This document shows positions 1-12,647 of a stretch of 64,000 nucleotides of DNA, piece by piece. The notes below the pieces were generated by a model. It ran no database searches, was not told the DNA's origin, and saw only the letters and a list, made by a program, of their open reading frames with translations. The stretch is taken from positions 12,152,001 through 12,216,000 of the forward strand of contig NC_135251.1 in the NCBI RefSeq assembly GCF_964204865.1, in the 5' to 3' direction. Origin of the DNA: Styela clava. Lineage: Eukaryota. The position numbers and the translations under genes were made by a program. Positions within the stretch are counted from its first letter, which is position 1; every line of letters begins with the position of its first letter.

Positions 1-810
1 TAAAAAGGTCACGACATTTGACCCTGCTGACGTATACCGTTGGTTCTTTAATTAATAGAATGGTGTTTTGATTTGAAAGTATTTCTCTGGTTCGTACTGC
101 TTTAGTTGGCGTTTGAGCTGATAAAAGCCTAGTGTACGAGCTTGTTTATGTCTGCGTTAGGTTTATCACACCGCCATGGGTTTAAATTGATCGAAATCGA
201 GTGAATTGAATATTCGAGATGAATCGAGCAAACCATTTTTATTAACACTTGAGTTCTAAGCCCAAACCTAAATCCTACCCATGCCTTGTAGAATTGTTGT
301 CCAGTACAATATTTATCAAAAGCAAACAATTTGATATTCCAGGTAAAGACGGCCATCAGTGTTCCCAGAATCACAATTTTATGTTAAGAACATACAGTAC
401 TCCAATATTGGCGCGTTCACGACATTTCTCAATGGCAATAGATTTGAACCTTATATTCGGAAAAAACTTTGCATTTAGATATTCGCTGTCATTTTAGTAG
501 CAATTCTCGGATATCATTCATTTGTAATTTGCATTGAGTTTTGACTTTATATATATTTAGGAAAATTACCTTTTTTGTGTTGATTTCTAAATGGCATATA
601 TAGAGAGAGTCGGCACAAATATATCACAGGGTGAATCGGAGTTAATACGAAAGCAAAATAGATTCAATTTGATGAACACAATGAATCCACTTCTGATGTG
701 ATTAATACCGCTTTTGTATTTTTAAAAAGGTAAAATTTTACAACACATATGTCGAGTCTCGTTATGAAATTTGTTTAAAATGTTAGTTTCTTTAGTGAGC
801 TCACTATAAT

Positions 811-987
811 AAAGAAATAAAGGCGTTGCATCTTAGCACGACAACTTCGTGAACAAAATTCGTTAAAAATACACAGTTTATCAAAAATCACAAAACAAAC
901 GAAGAGAAATAAAAGCGTTGCATCTTACCGTGACAACTTCGTGAACAAATTTTGTAAAAATACACAATTTATAAAAAATCACAAAAT
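811..987. repeat. Tandem duplication, two copies of about 93 bp
   Basis: GAAATAAA.GCGTTGCATCTTA...GACAACTTCGTGAACAAA...AAAAATCACAAAA occurs twice. Confidence 0.8.
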
Positions 988-1240
988 AATTAAATCGGTA
1001 TGTACTGAAAGTGCAAAGTCATTGCGACGTTTCACAAAACGCTCTTTCTTTGATTAATTGACCGTCTAGTCTAGTCAGCACATTTTTATTTTTAAAGCAG
1101 AGGTGATTCATTGAAACGCATTTCATCAATTCCTAATAATTTTAATAAAACCACATTTTTATTTTCGGAGCGAAAGTGAAAAATTATAATTCATTGTGAA
1201 TTATTTCATCAATTTGTAATAATTTTGATATAATATATAT

Positions 1241-1446
1241 GGCGCTCCAGAAGTGTGTGTACCAATATGAAGGTAACTAATTTGGTTCGCTTATTCTACA
1301 TCAAGTTATGTAAAGGGTTTGAAACCTATGGGCAGGGGGTATATCGACTTGGCTAACACAGACAGACCTCGAACTCGTAATAAAACTGTTATGAAGGAAT
1401 GGAGTTATGTCCTAACCATAACCTGGTACACACACTACAGGAGTAT
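1241..1446. repeat. Dispersed MITE-like family A (about 200 bp), copy
   Basis: GGCGCTCCAGAAGTGTGTGTACCAATAT...CCTAACCATAACCTGGTACACACACTACAGGAGTA; terminal inverted motif GTGTGTACCA/TGGTACACAC. Confidence 0.8.
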
Positions 1447-3141
1447 TACATATATTGGGACAAACTTGCTCCTTTAGTTACTGGTTGGTTTTGGCCAGAG
1501 CGTTAAAAGAGCGTGCTAAGATTTTGTGGTAAACAAGTTATCATTCGAACAGTCCTATGACTCATGCCTGTGTAACACTCAGCGAGGTTAGTCCTCATCA
1601 ATATCGGGTCAAAGTTGACAGCTTTGATTTCAACTACCCGAGGAAATGAGCGTTCTGAAATAACTTCTGAAAAACTGTATTTTTGAAAAAACTGTATTTT
1701 TTTTATCATTAAATGCAATATTGAATTTCGCATCATGACAGACGAGACTCGATATCAGGCAATCGAAAAACAATTGTTTTCGTGTATGCTAATATTTGAA
1801 GTTTTCGTAATGGCCATTGAACCCCGGTCAAACAAAACTAACCCGTCAATAATATTGCCGACGTACGATGTTGAGAAGAAAAGCACTAATATCACATCAA
1901 AATAAAGCCAACAAGATCATCCACAACAAGAATTCAGCAAAAGTATTCGTAGATACATTTCGTGTCCAATATTAAACTTTTTAATGAAGCCACCGTGCAG
2001 AGAGAAACTCTGGTAAAATATCACGGCCTCAGTTTTCATCATTTTTAGCATCCTTCATTTTGCATAATTAACATAATAAGGCGGTTCGCAGAGCATCGTG
2101 TGTTATCCACGGGTACATGAGAGTTTTCTGTGAGAAACTTGTTGTCATCAAGTCCACAATATAGGCGTTGGTTTTTGAAATACAACAATTTTTTTGACTA
2201 TCGCCGCCTAACATGAAGCCACACGTGACCGACTTACAATAATGAAAAATAATAACATTATTCATAATAATAACCCCGTATTATGAGAGGCTAAAAAGTG
2301 CACATGATCAGTCAAGCGGAACTTAAAAGGTTTGCATTGCTATGATTGCTCCCCGGTATGGCATATTTGTTCATTAGGGCGTAGTAATTTTAGAATATTG
2401 TTCCATACTTTCTTATATGCTTGTATTGATGAGTTAGCCAGGTATTCGTCAACAAAAATACTGTTTTTGTATTCCCACATCACGCAAGCACATTCATACA
2501 TCACAATTATTTTGGTGGTATTTCCGTAGACTGATCGCAAGTAAACAATGAGTTGTTATGAAAACCCACTTCGGAAGCGGGGTTGGTTTCGATAAAACTG
2601 GCGGACCTAGATTGTAGTCAGTAACTCACCTCTGACGTACTAAGTAACTCAAACATCCGAATGCTTGCTGTAACTTAGTCGTTCAAATTTGTGCCCCAAA
2701 AAGCCCGCGAAAGTTGCCAACTCGGCAAATTTCACTTATGTTTTGTATATACACCATATGAGTCCTATTATTTAAGTTTCCTCACTGTTTTCTGATTATG
2801 ATCTGATTTTTCATTTTCATATTTTGCTGATACGGAATTCAACATGCAAAAACAGCTACGGTAATATATTCAATATTTATCGATAAGACAAAATTAAAAA
2901 CAAATGATTTTTGTTAGTCAATCCAGGACATAATTTATCACAATACGATATATATTTAGAAAAAATTCACAACATGAAACGGGTCATTTGTGCAACTCCC
3001 TCGCGTGTAATGCAAAAATGTGAGAATTCACCCCGTCACGTTTTAAAATAACAAATTAGTAAATATCCATTTGGGGTTAGGGTGAGGAATGATTTGAAAA
3101 TTTTTATTTTCAGTGCAATCTGCATTCCTACTCTACACCCT

Positions 3142-3447
3142 AACTGGATAACGAGAATATCGGTCGGAGTCCGAAGACTTATCGATCGAAACTGAGGTTT
3201 CGAATCATGACCTTATAGTGACACCGCGTGTCCCGTCACTAATTAATTATTAACTCGCTATTTATACGACATAATTCATCCAAAATCGATAGGCTTCTGG
3301 TCCGAGATATGATGAATGCAAATGCAACATTTGGAGCAGATTCAAATTCGTCTTCTTGAGATATCGCGTCCATCTAACAGACAAACAGACATACAGACAG
3401 ACAAATACCTATCAACATAGTTACCGATCTCAAGATCAATAAGTAAT
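3142..3447 (+). mobile_element. Helentron-associated (HINE/DINE-1-like) non-autonomous element
   Basis: Subterminal inverted repeat ACTTATCGATC (3177) / GATCAATAAGT (3433), (ACAG)n-like microsatellite at about 3378-3404 and a 3' stem-loop; reverse-complement 3'-end fragment at about 48718-48760. The classification is inferred from layout only. Confidence 0.5.
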
Positions 3448-4152
3448 TACTAATTTTCTCATTTTGAGCGTGGTGGGGATATTTTTGGCGGCGGCTTCCA
3501 ATAAATCCAATAAAACAATCTACTGAAGTATATCCGTAACATTGACGACCTGGGTAGATCCTTGTTACGAGTAAAGACTTGGAGACAAATAAGACATTAA
3601 ACGCCATAGATCAGTTTCACGTTCAAACTACACAAAACTTTTTTAGTACTGTATATTCTGTACTTTATTAGTATTCTAGTGTAAAAATTATGAAGTAAAT
3701 TATATGCTTAAAATTTCGTGCATTTTCGTTGCAGCATAATAATCTAAATAAATAATCTAAATATAACTATTCTGTGATTTGCTATTAGTAACTAAAATGT
3801 TTTCTCACATTCTCACGATCATACGCTTTGCTGCAAACTGAAATTATAATCTGTATTTCTGCACAACGCAGGTGCATTTTTAAGTACGAACGTTCTTCTT
3901 TCCATCCAATACAAACATAATTTGCTCACACGACGACAACGCGGCGTGAAAAGTCTTTCGGCAAATCATACGCTCGATTTGAATCATCGATCGGACGGGG
4001 GGCTGTAAAAGCAGACAAGCGTGAAACTTGCGACCTCGTGTTGTTTTTTGTCTGATTAAACTATATCCACAAAAAAACTGAGATTGAAGTAAACACTTCT
4101 TTTCAAAATATTGTTGTGATATTATTTGCAAATCAGATATCGGCAGAATATT

Positions 4153-4335
4153 GGGTACTCACGTAGTATGTGTACCAGGTTAGAGTTAGGCCATAGTTTT
4201 ATTTCGATTTTATTCATTTATTTTGGTTTTATTACGTGTTCTGGGAATAGCTGTGTTATCCAAGTGAATATACCCTCTGCCCATAGGCTACAGTTCTACT
4301 ACTTTAAACAACTTGATAGAAAAAAGGCGAACAAA
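4153..4335. repeat. Family A copy (reverse orientation)
   Basis: GGGTACTCACGTAGTATGTGTACCAGGTTAGAGTTAGGCCAT...ACAACTTGAT. Confidence 0.75.
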
Positions 4336-4805
4336 ATGTATGTGTGTATGTTTATTTGCCTCAAAAATGTAACAGTATCTGCATAATAGTTAAACGGTAT
4401 AAAAGCGATGGAATGTACAAGACCTTACTGGCCTAAGACACAGATGTGCGACATGCACCCCAACAAGTATAACTGCAGTTTAGGACTGCTGCATTTTAAG
4501 ACACTGATTCCAGTGTAAAAAATTGCAATCAGTTTCTGCGGTACTTTCCGCTCATCAACGAAACCTCTCTTCTAACATCTTCATTCCATGAACCATCGCT
4601 TTGGGAGATTCACCTACATCAAGCGGCATCCCAAACTACTTATATATACTCATATTGAAGTACTGGTATATTTGTACCGCTTCTAATGTTGACGTTTGTC
4701 GACGTTGTCAATCAAAATCTCTCTCTGCTCGTAGGTGAGAGGTGATAAATCGCTCATCGGTAGAGGGCGTACGTGTGTAATATTTTCCAATGCGAACATG
4801 TATGA

Positions 4806-5200
4806 AACAAGAGAGCAACGCTCAAATAAATGGACACGTGGACTAGATCGAAGCAGGGTTTACCTTTGACGTTACCGGTACCGTACTCTCAAAAATTTCC
4901 GGGTTTTCAGTCGCAAGAATTTTCACAGTCAGCCGTCACGCTTGGCGGATTAAAAACCGTGTTCCCATAATTAAAAATTAATACAGCGCAATTTTGGATG
5001 AAATATTAGATGTTATAAGATTCATAGAAAATTCAGGAATAAATGAAAGTAATAGCCTTCTGGCAAAAAAATCAATCTTGAACCACTGAAAATTCCAAAG
5101 CAATTGGTTTTTTAATGTTAATAATGACGAAAGAAAATAACAACAACAAAATTTTGAAACGATCGTTATGGCCACTAAACGTGTCCAAAAATGAAACCCA
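4806..5200 (+). repeat. Dispersed repeat family B (AACAAGAG-initiated, HINE-like)
   Basis: ACAAGAGAGCAACGCTCAAATAAATGGACACG...CGATCGTTATGGCCACTAAACGTGTCCAA; reverse-complement copy at about 55060-55445, fragments at about 31670-31770 and 36140-36280. Confidence 0.65.
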
Positions 5201-6451
5201 ATGGGTTATGGCCTCTTCTCCTGAAAACAAAAATAGCAACCTATGACGTCACGATTCCTACTATTAGGACAATGGAATAGAGACTATCAACTTGGTTAAG
5301 ATTAGGGTGAGCTCAGGCGGTGAGCGTTTTAAACGAAGTTGGCAAATGACAACCACATTTGTGCTCAACAAAGTAGCCCACAGTCTTAATTTATCACTTT
5401 CATGAAAATGCATAAGTAATTGCAAGAAATACCGAGTCCTCGTCTACAACTCCATGACTGCTAAAAATGTGAAAGCAGTAAACTCCATTGCGTGCAATTG
5501 ACAATTCACCAAAAATCCGATAAACTAATTGTCGTAAATCATTCATGCAAATACGTTTACATTATAAACATTACTAAGATTTACATCAACATTTTCTATG
5601 TAACTTTATTTTTTAATGTTAGTGAAACAAATACATCATTGCGGTCATATTTTATCCTCAGAACTTGCTGAAAGAAATCATAGAGAAATATCACAAATTT
5701 GGCGGTGGAGCAATAAGAGTACTCAGTCAACACACTCTACTCAGCAAAAATCACTTAATTAATATCATCACAACACTTTGGCAGATTCCCCTCCATCAGG
5801 TTGCTGCATCCCTTCTATAAAACTGCATGCAGAAACGTATATTGAACTACTACTGTACCGCTACTGTATACCTTCTACATCTCCTGTATACGTGTGTCGA
5901 CATTGTCATTCATTACACTCGATTATCAAAAGTTACATTTTCGCAAGATTGGAGATTTATGACCGAGTATTCTTCAACCCAATACGATGTATAGTAGTTA
6001 GCTGCAACACAGACTATATGTCCATAAATGATAGGTAATATAAATACCGCATGAAAAACCATTTATGAAATTTTGAAATTTTACACAAATAGAGCTTTGA
6101 GGAGGTTGAAATCCATCTTAAAAATCAGGCCGTTTTATCGGCTTTCCTATCCCCCCAGTTGAATATGTAAATCAAATCCTATCCTAGTATGCTCATTGCT
6201 TGGAGCTTGAGAAGGTGAAGTAGGAATATAGTTGCACTCTAAATGCACGTAAACGCGGCATTTAGAGTGAAATAAATATTATCGCATGGTGGCGCACAAA
6301 CAACCATTAGAATTCGAAAGTTTGAATTGAAAATAAAAAACACAATTTGTTTTGTTCAATCATCTATTGCGAACCTCTTTTGTGAAAAATTAGGTTTAGA
6401 GACTTGTCATCTTATACTATAAACTTCGCAATGTAACTTATATATGTTTTT

Positions 6452-6683
6452 GGGTGCTCCTGAAATATGAGTACCAAGATGGCGAACACCGAAACGTAGC
6501 ATGTGTACCAGGTTAGGGTTAGGTCATAATTTTATTCCAATTTTCCTTATTATATTTGTATTACGAGTTCGGGGACTAGCCAAGTGACTCCCGAAGTAAT
6601 TGTACCTAAAATTATGGCCTAACCTGACACACATACTACGTTCCGGTGTTCGCCACCTTGATACGCATACTACAGCAGTACCC
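6452..6683. repeat. Family A symmetric variant with about 80-bp inverted arms
   Basis: GGGTGCTCC...CAAGATGGCGAACACCGAAACGTAGCATGTGTACCAGGTTAGG ... CCTAACCTGACACACATACTACGTTCCGGTGTTCGCCACCTTG...AGTACCC. Confidence 0.75.
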
Positions 6684-6851
6684 GTTTTTGATCTCGCTGT
6701 AGAATATTACAATTTTTTGAAGTTTAGAATTTATTTATCATATCAATGCTGAGGAACACAGTATCTTCATCTCTTCTTCATTATATTTATTGGCATTGAA
6801 AAAGGGGGGAAAACTTTGGACTGTACATACTTTTTTCAACATGTATTAAGA

Positions 6852-7067
6852 GGGTACTCCCGTAGTGTGTGTACCAAGTTAGGTTTAGGCCATAATTTTA
6901 TTCCGATTTTTCTCAATTTAGTTCTATTACGACTTCGGGGACTGTCTGTGTTAGTCAAGTGAATGTACCCCCCCCCCCCCCCCCCCAAAGGCCCACAGGC
7001 TTCAGTCTCTTTACACAACTTGATATAAAGTAGGCAAATTAGTTGCCCCCATATTGGTACACACACC
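6852..7067. repeat. Family A copy with expanded poly-C tract
   Basis: GGGTACTCCCGTAGTGTGTGTACCAAGTTAGG...(C)n...CATATTGGTACACACAC. Confidence 0.8.
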
Positions 7068-7190
7068 ATTAAAGTATATTGAACCTTGCAAATTTATATA
7101 AAAGCTTATTTCCCCGGCTACAAAAAAAAGAAACTATACGATCAGTTTTGTGACGGTAATATCAATCGGTAATATAAGAAGAAATAAGAC

Positions 7191-7629
7191 CAGCGGTTTT
7201 CAATCTTTTCGGTGGAGCATAACCACAATGAATCATTCCAGAGACTCGAGAAACCCTTGTTAAATGAAATTATGTTTAATTTTCTGAAGTCAAATAACCA
7301 TAAATATAAATGAAAGCAAATCTAATATTGACTGAACAAAATGATATATAAAATTCAGCATGTTTAATAATAACTTTGAATGTAATAAGTATTTGACTAT
7401 ATTTCAGAAATACATTGATTAACATATTTAACAAATTTTAAAACAACAAGCCTGGTTAAGACATATTGATAACTGACTTCATAACAAAATTGAATATGTG
7501 AAGGGACTTTATGGTCACCCTGTATTATTATCAATATAGATTCTCGTATTTGAATGGAAACTTTCGGAACCCCTGATTTGTACTGGCAGAACCCTACGAT
7601 GCCTCGGAAACCTGGTTGATAACCGGTTG
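7191..7629. mobile_element. Decayed hAT-like MITE
   Basis: CAGCGGTTTTCAATC...GGTTGATAACCGGTTG imperfect TIR with GGAACCC-like subterminal repeats. Confidence 0.5.
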
Positions 7630-8147
7630 GATTAGACATAAAAAAACTCTTCAATTGTCAATCCTACATTGTACCAACAATGTTGTAAACGTGCGTTACA
7701 GAAACACTCACTACTAATCGTGATCTATTTTGTATTATTGAGATTCGGAAATGCATGCGATGTCCCAGAAATGCTATGAATGGAACTTTCCATGAGTGAG
7801 TTTAATCATCACAGATTTATCATACGATGTATTAAATCAGAAAAATGCCAAATATTCCCACTTTTTTACGGTTGGAAGAAAAATATTTTGAATCAAAAAG
7901 AGAAAAAGCAACAACCCCATTGACGTATGCATTGTATGTCCACAAACCCATTCAACCGAGCTTTTCTCCCGCAATAAAGCGCACGTTGTTGCCATGATTA
8001 TACGATTAGGTAGCGAAGCTCAAGCCCCGCGAAATATTTTCAATATTAGATGGATTTCGCAATATACTTCTCCCTACGTAATGAACAATGTTCTATAATC
8101 AAAATTCAGCTACTTAATCTATATTGCATGGTAATAGAGTGAAGTGT

Positions 8148-8235
8148 CTCTTTCTAGGTGAATGTTTAGCGAAAATGTCTTTCTAGGTGAATGTTTAGCG
8201 AAAATGTCTTTCTAGGTAAATGTATAGCGAAAATA
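8148..8235. repeat. Minisatellite, three copies of 29 bp
   Basis: (TCTTTCTAGGTGAATGTTTAGCGAAAATG)x3. Confidence 0.9.
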
Positions 8236-8898
8236 TCTAGAAATGAATTCAATAAATACGGCTATAAGGATCTTATATACACAAATCTCTTTTCATTGTA
8301 TTTTGAATCAATTTTCGACTTATTGTAAATATTTGAGAGAAACGTTTATTCAAATAAATGGTGGATTTTCCCATTTCATACAGTATATGAAACAGCCATG
8401 ACCGATCTTATGTAATACAAGAATCGCCAATTCCTAATTCATTTAATTTCATAATAACATACTTTTGTAGAAAATTCCAAATTTTTTTTAACAGCGTTGG
8501 TAACAAAGATAAAGAAAGGGCTTAACCGCAGCACCATTGAAGTATAAAAGCCGTTTAGTAGAGAAAGTTTCTCTTATTTGTCACGTTAATCGCCCCCGAA
8601 CTCAGTAACATCACGCATTTGCTACTGAGTCAAATGCGCGCCCAGTCGAGCACGAATTAGCGATAGATCCCCGCTTAAAAACCCCACTTCTTATATGAAC
8701 GTATTAATGTAGTAAACTCAGGAATGGGCTCGATGCAGTATGGTGTATTTAGGGCTATATAGTTGATAGATGGAAATATACAGTGGCAGGAGCTGCATAG
8801 ATATCGTGGATGTGTTGGGGTGTTATTTGTGAGAAATACTGCTTGATGAGCATTATTGAAATACTAGAATTAGAATACAAAATATTTATTCTTCAGGC

Positions 8899-9953
8899 CA
8901 GGGTTTCCCAAACTGTGTGCTGCGTCACACTAGTGTGCCGCCAAGGTCTTGGAAGTGTGCCGCGAATTTTCACAAAATTCCTGATATTTTTTTCACAATA
9001 ATCAACACTGCAACATGAACTTTATTACATTGCAATCAGTGATGGGTGTAGTTCGGTAACCCACAACCGGAACCCAGTCCATTTGGAACATATTCTATGG
9101 GTTCCGTTTTTTGGTTCACTTTGTATAAAGATTATTCTATGTCCATCGATAGGGGATGTAATATGCAACACTTTTCCAATATATAAGGTGTTATACGTTT
9201 TCGACACGAACCCAGCAATGCAAGTTTGCTCAAAGCAAAGTCGCTAGATTTCAACTACACAATCTTTTTCAAACTGTTTGCAGTTAAGAAATCAAAGAGA
9301 CTCTTTAGGGTGGGCTATCACGCAAACATCTTTGTGGCAAATTTGATTCTATATACCTTTTTAAGATTTTTGGTGTTCACCGTTTGTCCCGTTGGTGACG
9401 TATTAGTGGGAACTCGTCGGCGTAATTTTGCATTAGATCAATGGCTATTATAGCGTTCTGTGTATTTGGCGGTGCATTTGGAAAACGCTTCAGTGGTTTA
9501 AACACATACCAATGTCTTAAATAATATTATCGCATTATGAGAAATTACAGTAAACTCAACAAATCGAGGTCAAGATGTACTCGAGTTCTGTGGCGGACCT
9601 TTCGCTGCAACATATTTTTCCAATGAAATAACGCATACCGGGCTATTTTTTGTCTCAAATCATCTAGATTTTATAACTTATGTGGGTTAATTCTGCTTTT
9701 CTGATCCTGTTACTAGTCTTTTTGTTATATTGTCGGTATATATAGATTGTAAATAATAATTTTCTGCGCAGACATAAATTGAAAGCTAAAAACGATCAAG
9801 ACCCGCAAAATCTTGTTTTTAATCTTATTTACTGTCGAAACGAATAATGTTCACGGATAAGGGATTTAATAAAACTGATTTGTAATAAGTGTGCAGCGAC
9901 TTTTTCATCACGCTGTTAGTGTGCCGCAAGCTGAAAGAGTTTGCGAACCCCTG
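8899..9953. mobile_element. Decayed hAT-like TIR element
   Basis: CAGGGTTTCCCAAACT...AGTTTGCGAACCCCTG with GTGTGCCGC subterminal repeats at both ends; TSD not preserved. Confidence 0.6.
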
Positions 9954-10779
9954 CTAAATATAAAAATGTGAAAAAGTGTAATTGCATTTGGGTTTTTGGT
10001 CGTGACTATTATGTTGATAATTTGACTATTTATTCGTGGAGTCATCATACAATTTTCATCAATTTCAGAGACAAATAAATTTTTATAGTTTTATTGGTCT
10101 GGAAGCAGTATTATGTGGTTAAATAAATCTTTTGTGGATTGGGGTTGTAAGAGTGAAGATTAAATGCGATAAGAAAGGCTTTAAAAGTGTTTACATATAG
10201 GAGCAATCTGTATTTAGTATTTTTGTTTGACAATCACAAGATCTTCAACAGGTAGCCCGAATTCGATTAGATTATGTTGCCTTCCGGATTGAAATTTGAA
10301 TGAATAATTTGTCAAGGACACACCGATATCCTGCTTATCTCACGCTTGTATTACTTGTGTAATGATGTTTGCTATGACAAAGTCATGATTGTATCAGAAA
10401 GAGCTACCTACTTGTATAGGGTTAAGTCAGAGTGAATGTTCTCTTCCAGAGTCCATTTTAAAATCAGTATGCAGCACTTCAGAAAAAAAAAGAAAAAAAA
10501 GCGATGCTATCGATATTTTCTAGAATTGTTTATGTTGCAATGACTGTGCTGTAGTGTAAATATTAAAAATGATTATTGATTCTATTTGTTCATAAGTTTT
10601 AACCATTGGCCCAAAACGGCAATTATTAAACAAATCTTTGTAATAGATGAATTCAATTTATTGACCGTTTAATTCACTAATTTCCATCCAATCTCCAATT
10701 TTCAACCACATATTTTTGTTTTATACAGCCTTGTACCGATAATAAATATTTGTTTAATTTTGATTTCGGAACTTTCAAG

Positions 10780-12647
10780 ATGAAAATCTTGCTGCATTTG
10801 GCCTGCATTTTCTTACTCGTGCAGTTTGGACATGGCGAGGTATTATCGATTAAGTTTATCATACACTTTATGGGAAAAGTGCTTTAAAAGATGATTTCAA
10901 TATTAAAATTAATTCATATTTTACATTAAGTTCGCTTTTAGAGGTAGGATATATAGCCTCAACAACCTTTATAGACTTTTTTTCTTTTTTACCTGATCTT
11001 TCACGAAACAAAATTAAAATTCGATTCGTTATTACCTCGGCATCACTCGCAAAGTGCCAATCATAAGGCTATATACCTGATCAAATATTTCTTATTAAGA
11101 AAAAGAAAATCAATGACTATTCACGAAGAAAAAATAAAATTCGATTCGTTATTATTTCGACATTTTATTTCAATACTCGCAAAGTGCCAATCGTAGGACG
11201 TTATGTCTAATTAAATATTTCCTATAATATCAAATAAAAATAAAATCAATGATTTGCGAAAGAAACCGATGAGGTTATTTCCCCCAATTCTTCAATATTG
11301 GACACACAAATTGTAAATTTACAACCAGTAACAAAACAAAGCATTGCCTCTCCAAATTATCACACCATGGGTAATTATTGTGTACGTGGGACTTGATTAC
11401 AGGTTCGTTATAATATGGTGATAATCGGTTATAATACTCAAAATGTTCTAACCACGTGTCCCTAGATTCAAAACAATGAATAAATTATAAATCATATTTG
11501 TTCAGGGAGGTCGGGAATTCTTCAGCATACTTTCGGAGGGAATCACGGACGCAGCCAAATTATATTTTTCCAGAAATGTGAAGTTGGATGGATCAGGTTT
11601 CAATGTAATAAACGAGGAAGATTTTTACACTCCCATTGGGTTATTCGAGACGCAGTATGGAAAAGATGCGTCGACAGCAGGGTAGGGAATTTTTGGTAAA
11701 AATACCGGTAAAGTGTAGAGTAGGCAAAGATGATGTAAATGTTTTGATGCCAACGATGAATGACACGATATGCGCTTTTTTGTTGGTATGAAATCTCGAT
11801 TTTATCTTATTCAAACGTTCTTTTAACAAGGCCTAACACACAGTTCCATTCGCAAAATAAACGTGGATCAAATGAAAAGTATTTTGTAACACAATTTCGC
11901 AAAACATTCAAAGATTTAAAATTTCAGATGTTTTATTTTTCAAATTTCGATTTGAAACAGAAATTGACTGTTTCTTGCAGCTAAGCGGAATTAATTTTGT
12001 TATACAATCGCTTAGGCTGACACTGAACCAAATTGGCCGCAATGACATGAACGCTGTCATTGGAAAGAAAGAGGGAAGACATACTGACCGTTGTGCTAAA
12101 TTGTTCTTGTTATTGGAGTAGTTAAAAAAGGGGATCAGGCATTGTGGCCGTTGTGCTAAATTGTCCTTTTTGCGATTTTCTCCACAATTAATGTAGCCAT
12201 CGCTTTTAAATTCGATAGAGGCGTCCATAGACGGATTTTTGTTCGCTTCAAATTTTCCTGTTTTTTTTTTTTTAAATCTACGGGAACTTTCAAATCACGT
12301 TTGGTACAAATTCATTATCATATTGCTGAAAATTTGCAGATTTTACTGTGATCCCAGTTGGTATTTACTTTTTGAGCTTGAAGTTTTCAAACATAAAATC
12401 ATTTTTTTCAGCTTCACTGCAGGTCTTTTAGATTTCGAATATTTCGAATCATCGAATTTAACATTCTCTGACGTCACACAACTTGTTGTCGTTGGAGAAT
12501 TTCAAGACGCAAGAAAAAAGTTTTCAGCTTACATAGAAAAGACTGTGGAAGACCGATTAAACGATGACGGTACCGTTTCGGAAGAAAACATTGATGCAGT
12601 ATCACAGATAATTCGTGCGGCATTCCTCTCCCTTTACGACTTTGTTG
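10780..12647 (+). CDS. Gene 1 exons 1-3: signal peptide and shortened VWA7-like N-terminal helical region
   Basis: [20 protein letters not shown] | [21 protein letters not shown]...[15 protein letters not shown] | [11 protein letters not shown]...[13 protein letters not shown]; phases 0, 2, 1 join in frame to the VWA exon. Confidence 0.75.

Noticed and set aside
8148-8235. CRISPR-like array
   Set aside because: Head-to-tail 29-bp units with no unique spacers, in a eukaryotic context, so a minisatellite
1-10100. Protein-coding gene in the first 10 kb (short ORFs on both strands, e.g. 5778-6038)
   Set aside because: I found no chain of splice-compatible exons or recognisable protein motifs; the region is dominated by repeats. 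A small or divergent exon cannot be excluded.
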